NCBI GenBank assembly: GCA_045132055.1
Contig: JBGURP010000007.1
Location: 138,946-202,945 of the forward strand
DNA: 64,000 bases
DNA from: Bacteroidales bacterium
Lineage (GTDB): Bacteria; Bacteroidota; Bacteroidia; Bacteroidales; WCHB1-69
Direction of reading: 5' to 3'
Below the pieces are notes generated by a model. That model was not told the DNA's origin. It ran no database searches and saw only the letters and a list, made by a program, of their open reading frames with translations. Numbering within the stretch: the first letter of the stretch is position 1; each line of letters begins with the position of its first letter. Below, in pieces: positions 8,991 through 19,438 of this stretch. The position numbers and the translations under genes are program-made.

Positions 8991-10334
8991 TCACGCTTTC
9001 CTCAGCCACTTGAAAATCTCTTTCCAGCTGCTCTTCTTGCCGTACATCAGAATGCCCATGCGATACACTTTGGCGGCGAACCACACGCAGAACACGAGGA
9101 ACAGCAAGGCCAAGCCCATGGAGGTAAGCAACTGCCACAACGGCACGCCGGCGGGCAAACGCACCATCATGATGATGGGCGAGGTTAACGGAATCATGGA
9201 AAACCACAACGCCAGCTGGCCATTGGGATTGGTAGAAATGGTCGGTATCAGAATGATGGCCAGCATCAGCGGAATAGTGACTGGCATGGTGTATTGCTGC
9301 GAGTCACTTTCGTTGTCCACCACCGAACCTGTCGCCGCATACAAAGTGGCATAAATCAGGTATCCCACGATGAAGAAGAAGAGGAAACAGAGTATGATTT
9401 CCGTGAAAGAGACAGGGAAATAATCGTTGATTTTCTGGAAAATGTTCACACTGTCGGCTATTCCAGTTTGCTCGGCTGCGTTTTGCAGAGCTTCCTGTGT
9501 TTCTCCGGCGGCCAATTCCGTGGTTGTTTCGGACTGGAACAGATTCGGAGCAGCCAACTGAATGCCGCCCAAAATGCCCATTGTCAGCATTATCCAGATG
9601 GCAAACTGCGTGAGTCCCACAAGCGCGATGCCCACAATCTTGCCGATGAGCAACTGCATGGGCTTCACGGAAGAAATCAACACCTCCACGATGCGGTTGC
9701 TTTTCTCCTCCAACACGCCGCGCAGCACCTGGCTGGCAAAGATAATGATGATGAAATAGATGAAGAAACCGCACATCATGCCGATAATCTCGTTCATCTC
9801 CGCATCATTCTCGCGCTCCATGCCATCGTCATCCACCTGTATCGTGGTGATATCCACTTTGGTAAGATCCTGAAGTTTCTCAAACTTGGCGGGCTCAATA
9901 TGAAGCGAGTCTTGCAGGATGCGGTCGAAAAATATCTCGTTCATCTGGCTTTCCAGTTTGCCCTGCAAGCTCGATGGCAGGTTTTTCTTGTAATAGAGGT
10001 TGCTTTTCAGCCCTTGGCTGTTATTGAGAATATGGAACACACAGTCGTATTGGTCGCCGTTGAGTGCCTCCTGCTTCAGCTGGTTGATGTCACCCGACTG
10101 ATAGCTGAAAGTGGTATTGTCATTTTCCTCAAAAGCATTCAGGAAAATATCTGTATCATCCACTACAAGTACATGGGCAGTCTGCGACTTCTCGCTGTGC
10201 ATGACCAGCAACACAGGCAACACGATGATAGTGGCCAGCAGTACCGGCAACAAGAGGGTCATGATGATGAAGGATTTCTTCTTGACCCTTGTGGTGTATT
10301 CGCGGGATATGATAAGGGATATGTTGTTACTCAT
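8991..10334 (-). CDS. ABC-2 type transporter permease (NatB-like)
   Basis: Multi-pass membrane protein with a large periplasmic loop after TM1. The start was set at ATG 10334, which overlaps the upstream ATPase stop by 8 nt (ATGAGTAA). Confidence 0.75.
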   Translation of the reverse strand: MSNNISLIISREYTTRVKKKSFIIMTLLLPVLLATIIVLPVLLVMHSEKSQTAHVLVVDDTDIFLNAFEENDNTTFSYQSGDINQLKQEALNGDQYDCVFHILNNSQGLKSNLYYKKNLPSSLQGKLESQMNEIFFDRILQDSLHIEPAKFEKLQDLTKVDITTIQVDDDGMERENDAEMNEIIGMMCGFFIYFIIIIFASQVLRGVLEEKSNRIVEVLISSVKPMQLLIGKIVGIALVGLTQFAIWIMLTMGILGGIQLAAPNLFQSETTTELAAGETQEALQNAAEQTGIADSVNIFQKINDYFPVSFTEIILCFLFFFIVGYLIYATLYAATGSVVDNESDSQQYTMPVTIPLMLAIILIPTISTNPNGQLALWFSMIPLTSPIIMMVRLPAGVPLWQLLTSMGLALLFLVFCVWFAAKVYRMGILMYGKKSSWKEIFKWLRKA

Positions 10335-11259
10335 GATGTTGTTGGTTGAAGGTTTGAACTTGTTCGATGAAAATCTCATTCATAGTTGGAAGTATCTCAT
10401 TGAAAGATAGTATATTGCCATACTCAACCAGCATTTTCAGCAAATTGTTGGCCGGTTGGTCATCCTGAATCTTCACCGTATAGGAAGTCGATCGCGGGCT
10501 CGTTTGCTTCTCAATCAATTCGTAAGGATGCTGCAGCAGAGAGGTGACGTCTGAACTGTCTGCAGACATTTCGATGGCGTAGATATTTTTCTTGAAACGG
10601 TTTTTCACATCGTGGATGTTGCCTTCCAGAATTTTCTGCGCATGGTTGATGAGGGCAATCTCATCGCAAATCTCTTCTACCGAAGCCATGTTGTGCGTAG
10701 AGAGAATGATGGTGGCCCCGTCTTTCTTCAATTGCAAAATCTCTTCTTTCAGCAAGTTGGAGTTGATCGGGTCAAAACCGCTGAATGGTTCGTCCAGGAT
10801 GATAAAAGAGGGCTTGTGCAAGATGGTGGTAATGAACTGCAACTTCTGCTGCATACCTTTCGACAACTCTTCCACCGGACGGCTCCACCAGTCCAGAATA
10901 CCGTACTGCTCGAACTTGACGCGCAACCGCTGGTACGCGGTATTGCGGTCAAGGCCCTTGAGACGGGCCAGATACATGGCCTGTTCGCCGGCTTTCATCT
11001 TCTTGTACAGTCCACGTTCCTCGGGCAGATAGCCAATCTGACGCACATCGTCCGCCTCCAAGGGATGGCCTTTGAAATAGACGGTACCCGAATCTGGAAA
11101 GGTTATCTGGTTAAGAATGCGGATAAGGGTAGTTTTGCCGGCACCGTTGGGGCCCAGCAAACCGAAAATGACGCCCTCCGGCACGGACAACGACACATTG
11201 TCCAACGCCAGGTGGTTGCTAAAAGCTTTTGTAACCTGATCTACTTCAATGATGTTCAT
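10327..11259 (-). CDS. ABC transporter ATP-binding protein
   Basis: Walker A GPNGAGKTT, signature LSKGMQQKL and Walker B FIILDEP. Confidence 0.9.
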   Translation of the reverse strand: MNIIEVDQVTKAFSNHLALDNVSLSVPEGVIFGLLGPNGAGKTTLIRILNQITFPDSGTVYFKGHPLEADDVRQIGYLPEERGLYKKMKAGEQAMYLARLKGLDRNTAYQRLRVKFEQYGILDWWSRPVEELSKGMQQKLQFITTILHKPSFIILDEPFSGFDPINSNLLKEEILQLKKDGATIILSTHNMASVEEICDEIALINHAQKILEGNIHDVKNRFKKNIYAIEMSADSSDVTSLLQHPYELIEKQTSPRSTSYTVKIQDDQPANNLLKMLVEYGNILSFNEILPTMNEIFIEQVQTFNQQHHE

Positions 11260-11924
11260 AAATTAATCGGGCCTTTTTTCTTTTTTTTCTTCTTCTTTTT
11301 CTTCTTTTTCTTGGTCGGAGTAACGTAGAAGGAAGCATTGCTGTTGGCTGTATGCAACAGGGCATTGGTGGTAGCAAACGTGAAATCCTCCGGAACGGAA
11401 AGCTTTCCATCCGACAATTCGTTGATCTGGTGCGCTATCAGCGCATCATTCACCGAGTCGCGGTTGTAGGTCAAGTACATCATCTTCAGGTGGTTGGCCA
11501 ACGGGCGCACCAGCACGTTGCGCACATCTTCCGGATAGGTGGCCACCATTTTGATGACATTCTCCATATTTCGTCCGTATGTTCTCAAACGGATGTGATG
11601 CTTGTTGTATTCAGGCTTCACCACTTCCTTCTCCTTGGTTTCGGGCACCGGCTTCGGAAACGGTGAATCAATCTCCAAAGCGTAATCCGACATGATGAAC
11701 AGATGGTCCCAGAGCTTGTGCCAATAGTCGGCAGACTCGCGCTTGCCCACATTGGCCGGATCCTTGACCTCGTTGAGCTGGTCCATCACACGCACAATGG
11801 CGCGGGCTGTCTCATTCCGCTTCTCGCGGTCCTCGATAGCCATGCAATCCTCAATCATCTTCTGCACATTGCGGCCATACTCCTTGATGACTAATTTGTT
11901 TCGTTTGGTGTTGTATTCTATCAT
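11256..11924 (-). CDS. DUF4290-like protein with a C-terminal 13-lysine tract
   Basis: 222 aa. The N-terminus (YNTKRNKLVIKEYGRNVQKMI) is typical of the Bacteroidota DUF4290 family. Its stop overlaps the ABC ATPase ATG by 4 nt. Confidence 0.6.
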   Translation of the reverse strand: MIEYNTKRNKLVIKEYGRNVQKMIEDCMAIEDREKRNETARAIVRVMDQLNEVKDPANVGKRESADYWHKLWDHLFIMSDYALEIDSPFPKPVPETKEKEVVKPEYNKHHIRLRTYGRNMENVIKMVATYPEDVRNVLVRPLANHLKMMYLTYNRDSVNDALIAHQINELSDGKLSVPEDFTFATTNALLHTANSNASFYVTPTKKKKKKKKKKKKKGPINL

Positions 11925-11954
11925 AAAAGGAAAATGATTTTTTCAATTGGTTTG

Positions 11955-11962
11955 CAAAAATA
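11955..11962 (-). promoter_or_regulatory. -7 box TATTTTTG
   Basis: Exact TAnnTTTG on the minus strand, about 30 nt upstream of the DUF4290 ATG. Confidence 0.5.
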
Positions 11963-11990
11963 GAAAAAAACGGGATAACCTATCGGGTCA

Positions 11991-13874
11991 TCATTTCTTC
12001 TTTTCGGGAATCACGGGCAGCGTCGCGAGACTGTCCAGATATGCCTGCTCGCGCGCTGCAAGGCTGTCGCGGACGGCACGCTGACGTAACTTGTAGGAAT
12101 TCTGGTAGATGGCAACGATGGGCTTGGAGTCCACCCGCAACTGATATATCGTGTTGTCCGACGGCCAAGTGCCGTTGCGGAGCTGCACCGGCGGTATGTT
12201 GCTGCAGAAATCCATATAGTAATCCCACGTGCTGTCCAGCTTGCTGTAGGGCACAAATTTCAAATCTATCATGCCTTTTTCCTGCTGGAAGAACAAGACA
12301 CACGCTGCATTGCCATTGGTGGCCACCGTCACGACACTGTCTTCCGTATTCTGGCTGATGTTTTCCCTGTAGATATGCTGAACGAGCCATTGACAAACCG
12401 TCTTGTTGGCATCATCATTGCAATCCAGCTCATACTTGGCATACGCATTGTTGATACCGCCGGAAATCTCGTTGAAATAGAGCGACACCACCGGCCGGTT
12501 GAACATGATATGCCGGATAGGCAAGCAGGAGAGCAGCGCAATGATACCCAAAATCACGACATTGGTATATCTGTCGTTCACCGCACGCAAAGTGCACTCT
12601 ACCCCACTCGCAGCAATCAGCATGAAGAGCGGGTAGATGAAATAGTAGATGGCCCACATGGTATCCGGACGCAAGTAGCTGAAACGGACCTCATGGATGC
12701 AGTACAGGAAAGAATAGAAGAAAATGAAGATGGAATAGAACTTCAGCGACTTCACCGCCGTACTGAAAAAGATAAAGAAGAGCAGCACGCCCGTCAGGAT
12801 GATGGTAGGCGTAGTGATGAAAAGATACTTGATCAGATAGGTTCTCGGAAAGTTGTCCGGTCCGATGATGTGCCCTTTGTATAGCTGGTTGCCGGATTGC
12901 GGGTAGTTGACCGTCAGCAATTCGAAGGCTTTGCGCGGGGCCACCACGGAGCTTTCAAGGAACCACGTGCCCAAACCATGCACCAGATACACGATCAACG
13001 TCGTGCCGAGCAACATCAAGCACAACAAACCCAAAGCCTTGCCGTACTCTTTGGTAAACATCTTCCTGGGCGGATTATAGAGGAAGAAGTTGAGCAACGT
13101 GAACACGATGAAGAAATGCAGTAGCACAAAACCGGCATTGTAGGTGGACAGCGCGAGAAACATACCCAGCAGAATCTTCACACAGCGGAAGATACGGATA
13201 ACCGGCAACTCGCGGGAAAAATAGTACATCTGTGTAATGGTGAACACGAAGCCAAACGCAAACGTCACATCCACCATATTGCTCAGCGAGTACCCGAAAA
13301 AGCGGGGCGAAATGAACAGGAAAAATGCGGTGAAAAACGCCGCACGCCAGTTGAAGGCCTTCAGTATCAAGATGGAAAGATACAAGATAAGCAGCCAGCC
13401 GAATATCGCGCTCAAGCCATGACGGATGGTGAATGTATCTTCAACATGCAACGCTTTGCAGATGGAATAGACCATCAGGTCGATGTATTGCGCCTGTGTG
13501 GAGGCGTACGGATGCATCTTGTAAGCATCCGGATCTCCTGTATTATGAAAATGGTCGTACACCAACGCCGAATAATGGTCCTGCTCCATCTCTCGGGTGG
13601 AAATGCCCACATGACGGCTCATGAGAACCATCACCACCAGCATCACCGCCATGGAAATCATCAGCAGATATTTATAGACATCATCGGCGCTTCTGAGCGA
13701 GAATGAGAACAGTTTCTTCTCCACAGAATATCTGATGTTCTTCTGCGCCTGCTTGGAAAGCCGTATTTCCCAAATATCATCATCAAACAGCTCCTGAGAA
13801 TAAGTAATTCTGGCAAAAAACTGCTTGATAACCTGAAAAATGCGTTCAGTAATATTTAATTTCTCCTTCTCCAT
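11991..13874 (-). CDS. large polytopic membrane protein, possibly a GT-C-type (ArnT/PMT-like) glycosyltransferase
   Basis: About 627 aa with more than 10 predicted TM segments and a soluble C-terminal domain. The start was set at ATG 13874, 4 nt after the WbqC stop. The function is an inference. Confidence 0.45.
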   Translation of the reverse strand: MEKEKLNITERIFQVIKQFFARITYSQELFDDDIWEIRLSKQAQKNIRYSVEKKLFSFSLRSADDVYKYLLMISMAVMLVVMVLMSRHVGISTREMEQDHYSALVYDHFHNTGDPDAYKMHPYASTQAQYIDLMVYSICKALHVEDTFTIRHGLSAIFGWLLILYLSILILKAFNWRAAFFTAFFLFISPRFFGYSLSNMVDVTFAFGFVFTITQMYYFSRELPVIRIFRCVKILLGMFLALSTYNAGFVLLHFFIVFTLLNFFLYNPPRKMFTKEYGKALGLLCLMLLGTTLIVYLVHGLGTWFLESSVVAPRKAFELLTVNYPQSGNQLYKGHIIGPDNFPRTYLIKYLFITTPTIILTGVLLFFIFFSTAVKSLKFYSIFIFFYSFLYCIHEVRFSYLRPDTMWAIYYFIYPLFMLIAASGVECTLRAVNDRYTNVVILGIIALLSCLPIRHIMFNRPVVSLYFNEISGGINNAYAKYELDCNDDANKTVCQWLVQHIYRENISQNTEDSVVTVATNGNAACVLFFQQEKGMIDLKFVPYSKLDSTWDYYMDFCSNIPPVQLRNGTWPSDNTIYQLRVDSKPIVAIYQNSYKLRQRAVRDSLAAREQAYLDSLATLPVIPEKKK

Positions 13875-13878
13875 GGCA

Positions 13879-14520
13879 TTATGATAAGTCATTAAATGAC
13901 GCGTTGAGGGCTTTGAGGTAGTCAACGGCTTCGGGGCCGACATTGAACAACAGGTCTATGATGGAAAGATTGGGCGTAAAGCCGAACCGGTCCTCGAAGA
14001 CCTGATAATACGGAGTGTTAAACCGATATGGATAATCGGGGCTGGCACTTCGTTTGGGGTGGATGAGCGTCCGCAAGTCGGACTGGCATGCCGCTTCGTA
14101 GTCTGTTGTAAGCTTGATTTCAGTCTGGATGCGAAGCAGTTTCACAATCGTCCGTATCAGTTGCAGATTGAAATCGAAGAGTCTTTCGTAGCGTTGTTCG
14201 TAGAAAGAACGTAGGGAGTCCTGATAGTACATAAAATAGGGACTGGTGTTGTAGGCTGTCGTGATGGTACGCCAATGGCTACGCTGCCAGGGGGTGGTGT
14301 TTTCGATGCATGCCTCTGTAATCAAGGGTTTGTGCGTGTCGTGCACCACTGGTATCATCAAAGCCTGCACCCCATTACCCGTCAGGATGCAAGCCCTGTT
14401 GCGGTAACTCTGCTTGCAGTAGTTCTCCCTGCTCTCCATCCACACTTCCTGATTCATCAAAAAGGAGAAGTATTCGATGGGCGGAAGATATGCAGTCGAT
14501 AAGAGCGGGACGGTATTCAA
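13879..14520 (-). CDS. WbqC family protein
   Basis: 213 aa. Family-typical N-terminus (LLSTAYLPPIEYF) and NLSIIDLLFN near the C-terminus. It has a TTG start 2 nt after the protease stop. Confidence 0.7.
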   Translation of the reverse strand: MNTVPLLSTAYLPPIEYFSFLMNQEVWMESRENYCKQSYRNRACILTGNGVQALMIPVVHDTHKPLITEACIENTTPWQRSHWRTITTAYNTSPYFMYYQDSLRSFYEQRYERLFDFNLQLIRTIVKLLRIQTEIKLTTDYEAACQSDLRTLIHPKRSASPDYPYRFNTPYYQVFEDRFGFTPNLSIIDLLFNVGPEAVDYLKALNASFNDLS

Positions 14521-14522
14521 AA

Positions 14523-16196
14523 CTATCGGGCAATAATCATTTTGGATTGGTAGATATGATCATCACACACAATCTCCACAAAGTAGATGCCATCAGACAA
14601 ACCCTTGAAATGCAAATCGAAGGTATTATCCATCAAGACATCCTGAGTGCACACCAACATACCCATGGAGTTATAGACATTGCAGATACCCTTGCCCATC
14701 GGGAACGTTCCTTTCACAGTAATATCGCCGATGCTGGGATTAGGCGAGATGGTAAACACATTGGAAGAGGTGTTGTAATTCTCGATGCCAGCCGGGTTAC
14801 CATCATAGTGCATACCGCGAAGTGACAGCGTTCCCGTATTATCGGGATCAAGCCAAGGTTTCAACTTTCTGGCATTATTAGCATTATTGTTATTGGTCCA
14901 GGAATAGGAGATCTTTCCGTAATTGTCATTACCCTGCGGGTAATCGCATGCACTGGATCCGTTGCTCAAGCTGCCGATGATGAGACCGCTGGCGTTGAAC
15001 AGTGGAGAACCGGAAGAACCTTGTTCCGTACAGCCCTTGTTTTCACCAAATTGTCCATAATACCAGCCTACTGTCCAGAACTTGTTGTACGAGCCACCAG
15101 GACTGGCCACAATTCTCGGGAAGCTGATTTTCTTGTAGTCGCCGCCAGGGTGATGGATGGCTGCACCCACAGAAGAGGAACCGCCTGCATCCCAACCGGC
15201 AAACACCAGTTTGTTCTTCACATTGCTGGGAATACTTCCTGTGACTTTCAATAGCAGGAAGTCGGAGCTGGAGGAAATACTATAATTTTCGCCAGTGTAC
15301 CCAGCGCTAGCCACCATCACACCATTATGGGCCATATTGTAATAAGGTCCTGAACTACCCCCACATGTATTCGTCTGATATTCAAAAACAAATATATAGG
15401 TATCTTCATTAGGATAAGTGGAACAATGGTTGGCCGAATAGACGTACGGGGTTTTGTCTTTTCTCACATTATTGATCATCGCGCCGGAGCAGCGATAGGA
15501 TCCTGTGGAATTGTTAATCGCAATAAGCACTACGGAATTCACCTGATCGCGCCAAGGGTCAGCTATAGGACAAGCCACATCATAATGGCAGTCGCCTTCA
15601 GCTTCTCCCCAATAACCCTTTTCTCCATCCTGGACATGGAAAAGATCTTTGTAGAAATGGCTGATACGGGCCACCGTAACCTCGCCGTGGAAGGGAGCAT
15701 TGGCAGGCTCGTAATATTCCAAAATGATTTCATCACCAAAGATGATATCCGAGGTCATATAGCCGTTCAACTTTTGATACTCCTCGTTGGTATAAGGTCC
15801 GCCAACCTGGCTGCGATCTGCATTATAGACATGCATCGTGGCTCCTTCGGGAATATTGAACTGAGAAAAAACTGCAGACAACATGATAGCGCCCGGGGAG
15901 CTGAACGACAAGCGCCAGATGCGGCTTCCGTCTGCCAATATATCGGTACGGCCACTATTGTGGAAGTTAAAATCCACATTATGGGTATGTCCTATACGCT
16001 CCGGGGTTCCCTTTTCAGCCCGTGCATCCTCCGTCAATAGCTTATCAACATCCACGGCGGGCAGGTCAATTTTGTCAATATTCATTGAGACATTGCTGTG
16101 ATTGAAACTGTACGGTTTCACCGTCACATCGTTTTGAGCAAATGCGGCAAACATGCAAAATGCCACACACGCGAAAGTAAAAAGAGTCTTTTTCAT
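14523..16196 (-). CDS. T9SS-sorted trypsin-like (S1 family, lysyl-endopeptidase-like) serine protease
   Basis: Signal peptide, catalytic-type motifs (CSGAMINN, GSSGSPLF) and a C-terminal T9SS type A sorting domain (ISPNPSIGDITV...GIYFVEI...KMIIAR). Confidence 0.75.
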   Translation of the reverse strand: MKKTLFTFACVAFCMFAAFAQNDVTVKPYSFNHSNVSMNIDKIDLPAVDVDKLLTEDARAEKGTPERIGHTHNVDFNFHNSGRTDILADGSRIWRLSFSSPGAIMLSAVFSQFNIPEGATMHVYNADRSQVGGPYTNEEYQKLNGYMTSDIIFGDEIILEYYEPANAPFHGEVTVARISHFYKDLFHVQDGEKGYWGEAEGDCHYDVACPIADPWRDQVNSVVLIAINNSTGSYRCSGAMINNVRKDKTPYVYSANHCSTYPNEDTYIFVFEYQTNTCGGSSGPYYNMAHNGVMVASAGYTGENYSISSSSDFLLLKVTGSIPSNVKNKLVFAGWDAGGSSSVGAAIHHPGGDYKKISFPRIVASPGGSYNKFWTVGWYYGQFGENKGCTEQGSSGSPLFNASGLIIGSLSNGSSACDYPQGNDNYGKISYSWTNNNNANNARKLKPWLDPDNTGTLSLRGMHYDGNPAGIENYNTSSNVFTISPNPSIGDITVKGTFPMGKGICNVYNSMGMLVCTQDVLMDNTFDLHFKGLSDGIYFVEIVCDDHIYQSKMIIAR

Positions 16197-16219
16197 ATCA
16201 TCTGTTGTTTTAAAGGCTG

Positions 16220-16227
16220 CAAAAATA
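16220..16227 (-). promoter_or_regulatory. -7 box TATTTTTG for the protease operon
   Basis: Exact TAnnTTTG on the minus strand in the divergent intergenic region. Confidence 0.5.
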
Positions 16228-16240
16228 TAAAAAAAAATTG

Positions 16241-16248
16241 TACCTTTG
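16241..16248 (+). promoter_or_regulatory. -7 box TACCTTTG for rsfS-ftsH
   Basis: Exact TAnnTTTG 25 nt upstream of the rsfS ATG. Confidence 0.5.
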
Positions 16249-16272
16249 CCCGCTAATTAATAAACCACACCT

Positions 16273-16653
16273 ATGACCGTAAAAAGAAAAGTCAAGTTTG
16301 AAGGCACGCCCTTTGAAGGAAACATTGAAGAGCTTATCATCCAAGCTCTTATAGAAAAGCAGGGCGTAGATATCCAATGCCTGAACCTGAAAAAGATCAA
16401 CCATACCTATTTCGATTATTTCGTCATCTGCACCGGCACCTCCAAACCGCATGTGGAAACTCTCTGCGATTTTGTGCAGGAGAAGACCCAGCGCGAAGCG
16501 GGCGTGAAACCCATCCATGTGGAGGGCCTGGAGAACTGCGAGTGGATCCTGCTCGACTATTTCAACGTTCTCGTACACATTTTCCAACCCGAGGCACGCG
16601 CCTACTACAACCTGGAAGCATTGTGGAGCGACGCTGACGTACAGAAGTTTTAA
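16273..16653 (+). CDS. rsfS: ribosome silencing factor
   Basis: 126 aa. Motifs DYFVICTG.S..H and WILLDY..VLVHIF are typical of RsfS/iojap. Confidence 0.85.
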   Translation: MTVKRKVKFEGTPFEGNIEELIIQALIEKQGVDIQCLNLKKINHTYFDYFVICTGTSKPHVETLCDFVQEKTQREAGVKPIHVEGLENCEWILLDYFNVLVHIFQPEARAYYNLEALWSDADVQKF

Positions 16654-16676
16654 TCTTTTCTTTAACCCTTTATCAC

Positions 16677-18719
16677 ATGGCTTCAAATCCAGCTAACAAC
16701 AATAATCGTCCGAAATCACCCTTCGACGGTTTGAAAAACCGGAACTCCAATAAAAAGCCGAGATTCTCTTTCGCCTACCTTTATCTGCTGATATTCATCA
16801 TTTTGGGTGTTTACTATTTCATGACAATAGGCACCACTAGTCCCAGGGATGTCACGGACATGGAATTCAACCAGATGGTGAAAAACCGTGAAATCGACCA
16901 CGTGGATTATGTCCGCAAAGATGACCGCGTCAACATATTCCTGAAACAGGATGCCCTGAAGAGCAATCCTGCCTACGAGAAGGTAAAAGACAACACTGCC
17001 GGTCCTCAGTATTACATGACCGTGACCGACTTGAAAGTTTTCAATGACAATTTAAAAGAAGTTAAGGAGAATGCCATCCAGAGCCGTTTGGAGAAGGACT
17101 CCACCCTGTCGGCCAGCGACATCTCCAGCGAGTACGATTTCCCGACCAAGCAGGACAACACGAAAAGCTGGGGCTGGGAGTTCATCATCTGGGTGCTCCC
17201 CACACTCATGATATGCGTGCTCCTGATCTGGTCCATGCGTTCCATGCGTGGCGGCATGGGCGGCGGTGGCAGCATCTTCAACATCGGCAAGTCGCGTGCC
17301 CAGGAGTTCGACGAGAAGTCGGGGCAGCTGGTCACCTTCAAGGACGTGGCCGGCCTGGAGGGCGCAAAGTTCGAAATCGAAGAAGTTGTTGACTTTTTGA
17401 AAAATCCGAAGAAATATACCGTCCTGGGCGGCAAGATTCCCAAGGGCGTACTTTTGGTGGGTCCTCCGGGTACAGGCAAAACCCTGCTGGCCAAGGCCGT
17501 GGCAGGTGAAGCCAAGGTCCCGTTCTTCTCTTTGTCCGGCTCCGACTTCGTGGAGATGTTCGTGGGCGTGGGCGCGTCCCGCGTGCGCGACCTCTTCAAG
17601 ACAGCCAAGGAGAAGGCCCCGTGCATCATCTTCATCGACGAGATTGATGCCATAGGCCGCGCCCGTGGCAAGAATGCCCTCTCCAACGTAAACGACGAGC
17701 GCGAGAGCACGCTCAACCAGCTGCTCACCGAGATGGACGGCTTCTCAACCAACGCCGGTGTCATCATCATGGCCGCCACCAACCGCGCCGACATCCTCGA
17801 CCGCGCCCTGTTGCGCGCCGGCCGCTTCGACCGCCAAATCCAAGTGGAGTTGCCCAACCTCAACGAGCGCAAAGGCATCTTCGGTGTGCACGTGCGCAAC
17901 CTCAAGCTCGGGCCCGACGTAAATCTCGACTTCTTCGCCAAGCAGACTCCGGGATTCTCCGGCGCCGACATCGCCAACGTATGCAACGAGGCCGCCCTGA
18001 TTGCGGCACGCAACAACAAAACCCAGATTGAGAAAGAGGACTTCCTCTCCGCCGTGGACCGTATCATTGGCGGCTTGGAACGTCGCGGCAGTGTCATCTC
18101 CCCTGAGGAGAAACGCTCCATCGCCTTCCACGAGTCTGGCCATGCCTGCGTAAGCTGGATGTTGCGCTATGCCTCCCCGCTGGTGAAGGTCACCATCGTG
18201 CCCCGCGGCAAGGCCTTGGGCGCAGCCTGGTACCTGCCCGAGGAACGGCAGCTGACCACTTACGACCAGCTGGTGGACGAGATGACAGCCACTTTGGGCG
18301 GACGGGCCGCCGAAGAAATCACCTTCGGGCGCGTTTCCACCGGAGCGCTCAACGACCTGGAGCGCGTCACCAAGCAAGCATACGCCATGGTCGTCTATTA
18401 CGGCCTCGACAAGAAAATCGGCAATGTGAGCTACTACGACTCCACAGGCCAACAGGAATACGCCTTCAACAGACCCTACAGCGAGAAGACTGCTCAAGAT
18501 ATTGATGCACAAATCCACGAGCTGGTGGAATCCTGCTACCAAAAGGCGAAGGACATCCTCAACGAGCACAAGGAACAACTCGGAGAGCTTGCCCAACTGC
18601 TGCTGGAGCGCGAAGTCATCTTCACGGAAGACGTGGAACGTATTTTGGGCAAGCGCCCATTTGAGGCACAGGAAAATCCTGTAACTGCCGAAAATGATGC
18701 CAATCCCTCTGAAAAATAA
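16677..18719 (+). CDS. ftsH: ATP-dependent zinc metalloprotease FtsH
   Basis: AAA+ Walker [14 protein letters not shown], Walker [13 protein letters not shown] region and zinc motif HESGHA. Confidence 0.95.
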   Translation: MASNPANNNNRPKSPFDGLKNRNSNKKPRFSFAYLYLLIFIILGVYYFMTIGTTSPRDVTDMEFNQMVKNREIDHVDYVRKDDRVNIFLKQDALKSNPAYEKVKDNTAGPQYYMTVTDLKVFNDNLKEVKENAIQSRLEKDSTLSASDISSEYDFPTKQDNTKSWGWEFIIWVLPTLMICVLLIWSMRSMRGGMGGGGSIFNIGKSRAQEFDEKSGQLVTFKDVAGLEGAKFEIEEVVDFLKNPKKYTVLGGKIPKGVLLVGPPGTGKTLLAKAVAGEAKVPFFSLSGSDFVEMFVGVGASRVRDLFKTAKEKAPCIIFIDEIDAIGRARGKNALSNVNDERESTLNQLLTEMDGFSTNAGVIIMAATNRADILDRALLRAGRFDRQIQVELPNLNERKGIFGVHVRNLKLGPDVNLDFFAKQTPGFSGADIANVCNEAALIAARNNKTQIEKEDFLSAVDRIIGGLERRGSVISPEEKRSIAFHESGHACVSWMLRYASPLVKVTIVPRGKALGAAWYLPEERQLTTYDQLVDEMTATLGGRAAEEITFGRVSTGALNDLERVTKQAYAMVVYYGLDKKIGNVSYYDSTGQQEYAFNRPYSEKTAQDIDAQIHELVESCYQKAKDILNEHKEQLGELAQLLLEREVIFTEDVERILGKRPFEAQENPVTAENDANPSEK

Positions 18720-18751
18720 CCGATAATCGTTAATCTATAAACGTGATTCCT

Positions 18752-19438
18752 ATGGCTGACAACCATCAATTTGATTCAAGCATACTGACAGAAAAGGAGA
18801 GCATCCGTCAGAACATCCGCAATGCCCTCTCCAACAAGATGGAAGTACTGAATTCCGAGTTGGACATGAACATGAATGCGGACGTCTATGAGCCCATCGC
18901 CAATCTGTCGGCTTCTTTCATAGAGAAGTTCAGGGAAGCGGGCGGTCTGTACGTGCCTTGCACCAATCAGGACCTCATCCCCATTCTCATCAAGCTGTGC
19001 AAGAGCCAGAAATACCAAAACATCTTGAGCACAAGCCCGTTCTTCTCGCAGTATCTGGACAAGCATCAAGTGCCTTACATCACGGCCCTCGCCCCGGGCG
19101 AGCCCGCCGACGCCGCACTGGTCGTGTCCAACCAGCTGATTGCCCGCACCGGCAGCATCGGGTTCTCCCAAGTGCTCAATGTCTATCCTTCCGTCAAGGG
19201 CCTGGCCCGCGACCTGGTGGTCATCTCCCGCGAGCGCTGCATCTTCCAAGATCTGTATGACGCACTGAAAGCCCAGGTTGCAAAGGACGAGAACAACGCC
19301 TTCCCCATGACTGAATTCCTTTGCCCCACCCACATCGAGAAAGTCGATGGCGTGCCGCAATCCACCCCTGTCAACCCTCGTGTTATCTTATTGTTAGTTT
19401 CCGATCATGAACCCCAAAACGAAGAACCTGCTCGTTAG
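18752..19438 (+). CDS. LUD (LutC/YkgG-like) domain protein
   Basis: About 228 aa in the conserved position between ftsH and cdsA. The C-terminal pattern (ARTGSI..S.......L) resembles the LUD domain. ATG 18752 is preferred over GTG 18743. Confidence 0.45.
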   Translation: MADNHQFDSSILTEKESIRQNIRNALSNKMEVLNSELDMNMNADVYEPIANLSASFIEKFREAGGLYVPCTNQDLIPILIKLCKSQKYQNILSTSPFFSQYLDKHQVPYITALAPGEPADAALVVSNQLIARTGSIGFSQVLNVYPSVKGLARDLVVISRERCIFQDLYDALKAQVAKDENNAFPMTEFLCPTHIEKVDGVPQSTPVNPRVILLLVSDHEPQNEEPAR

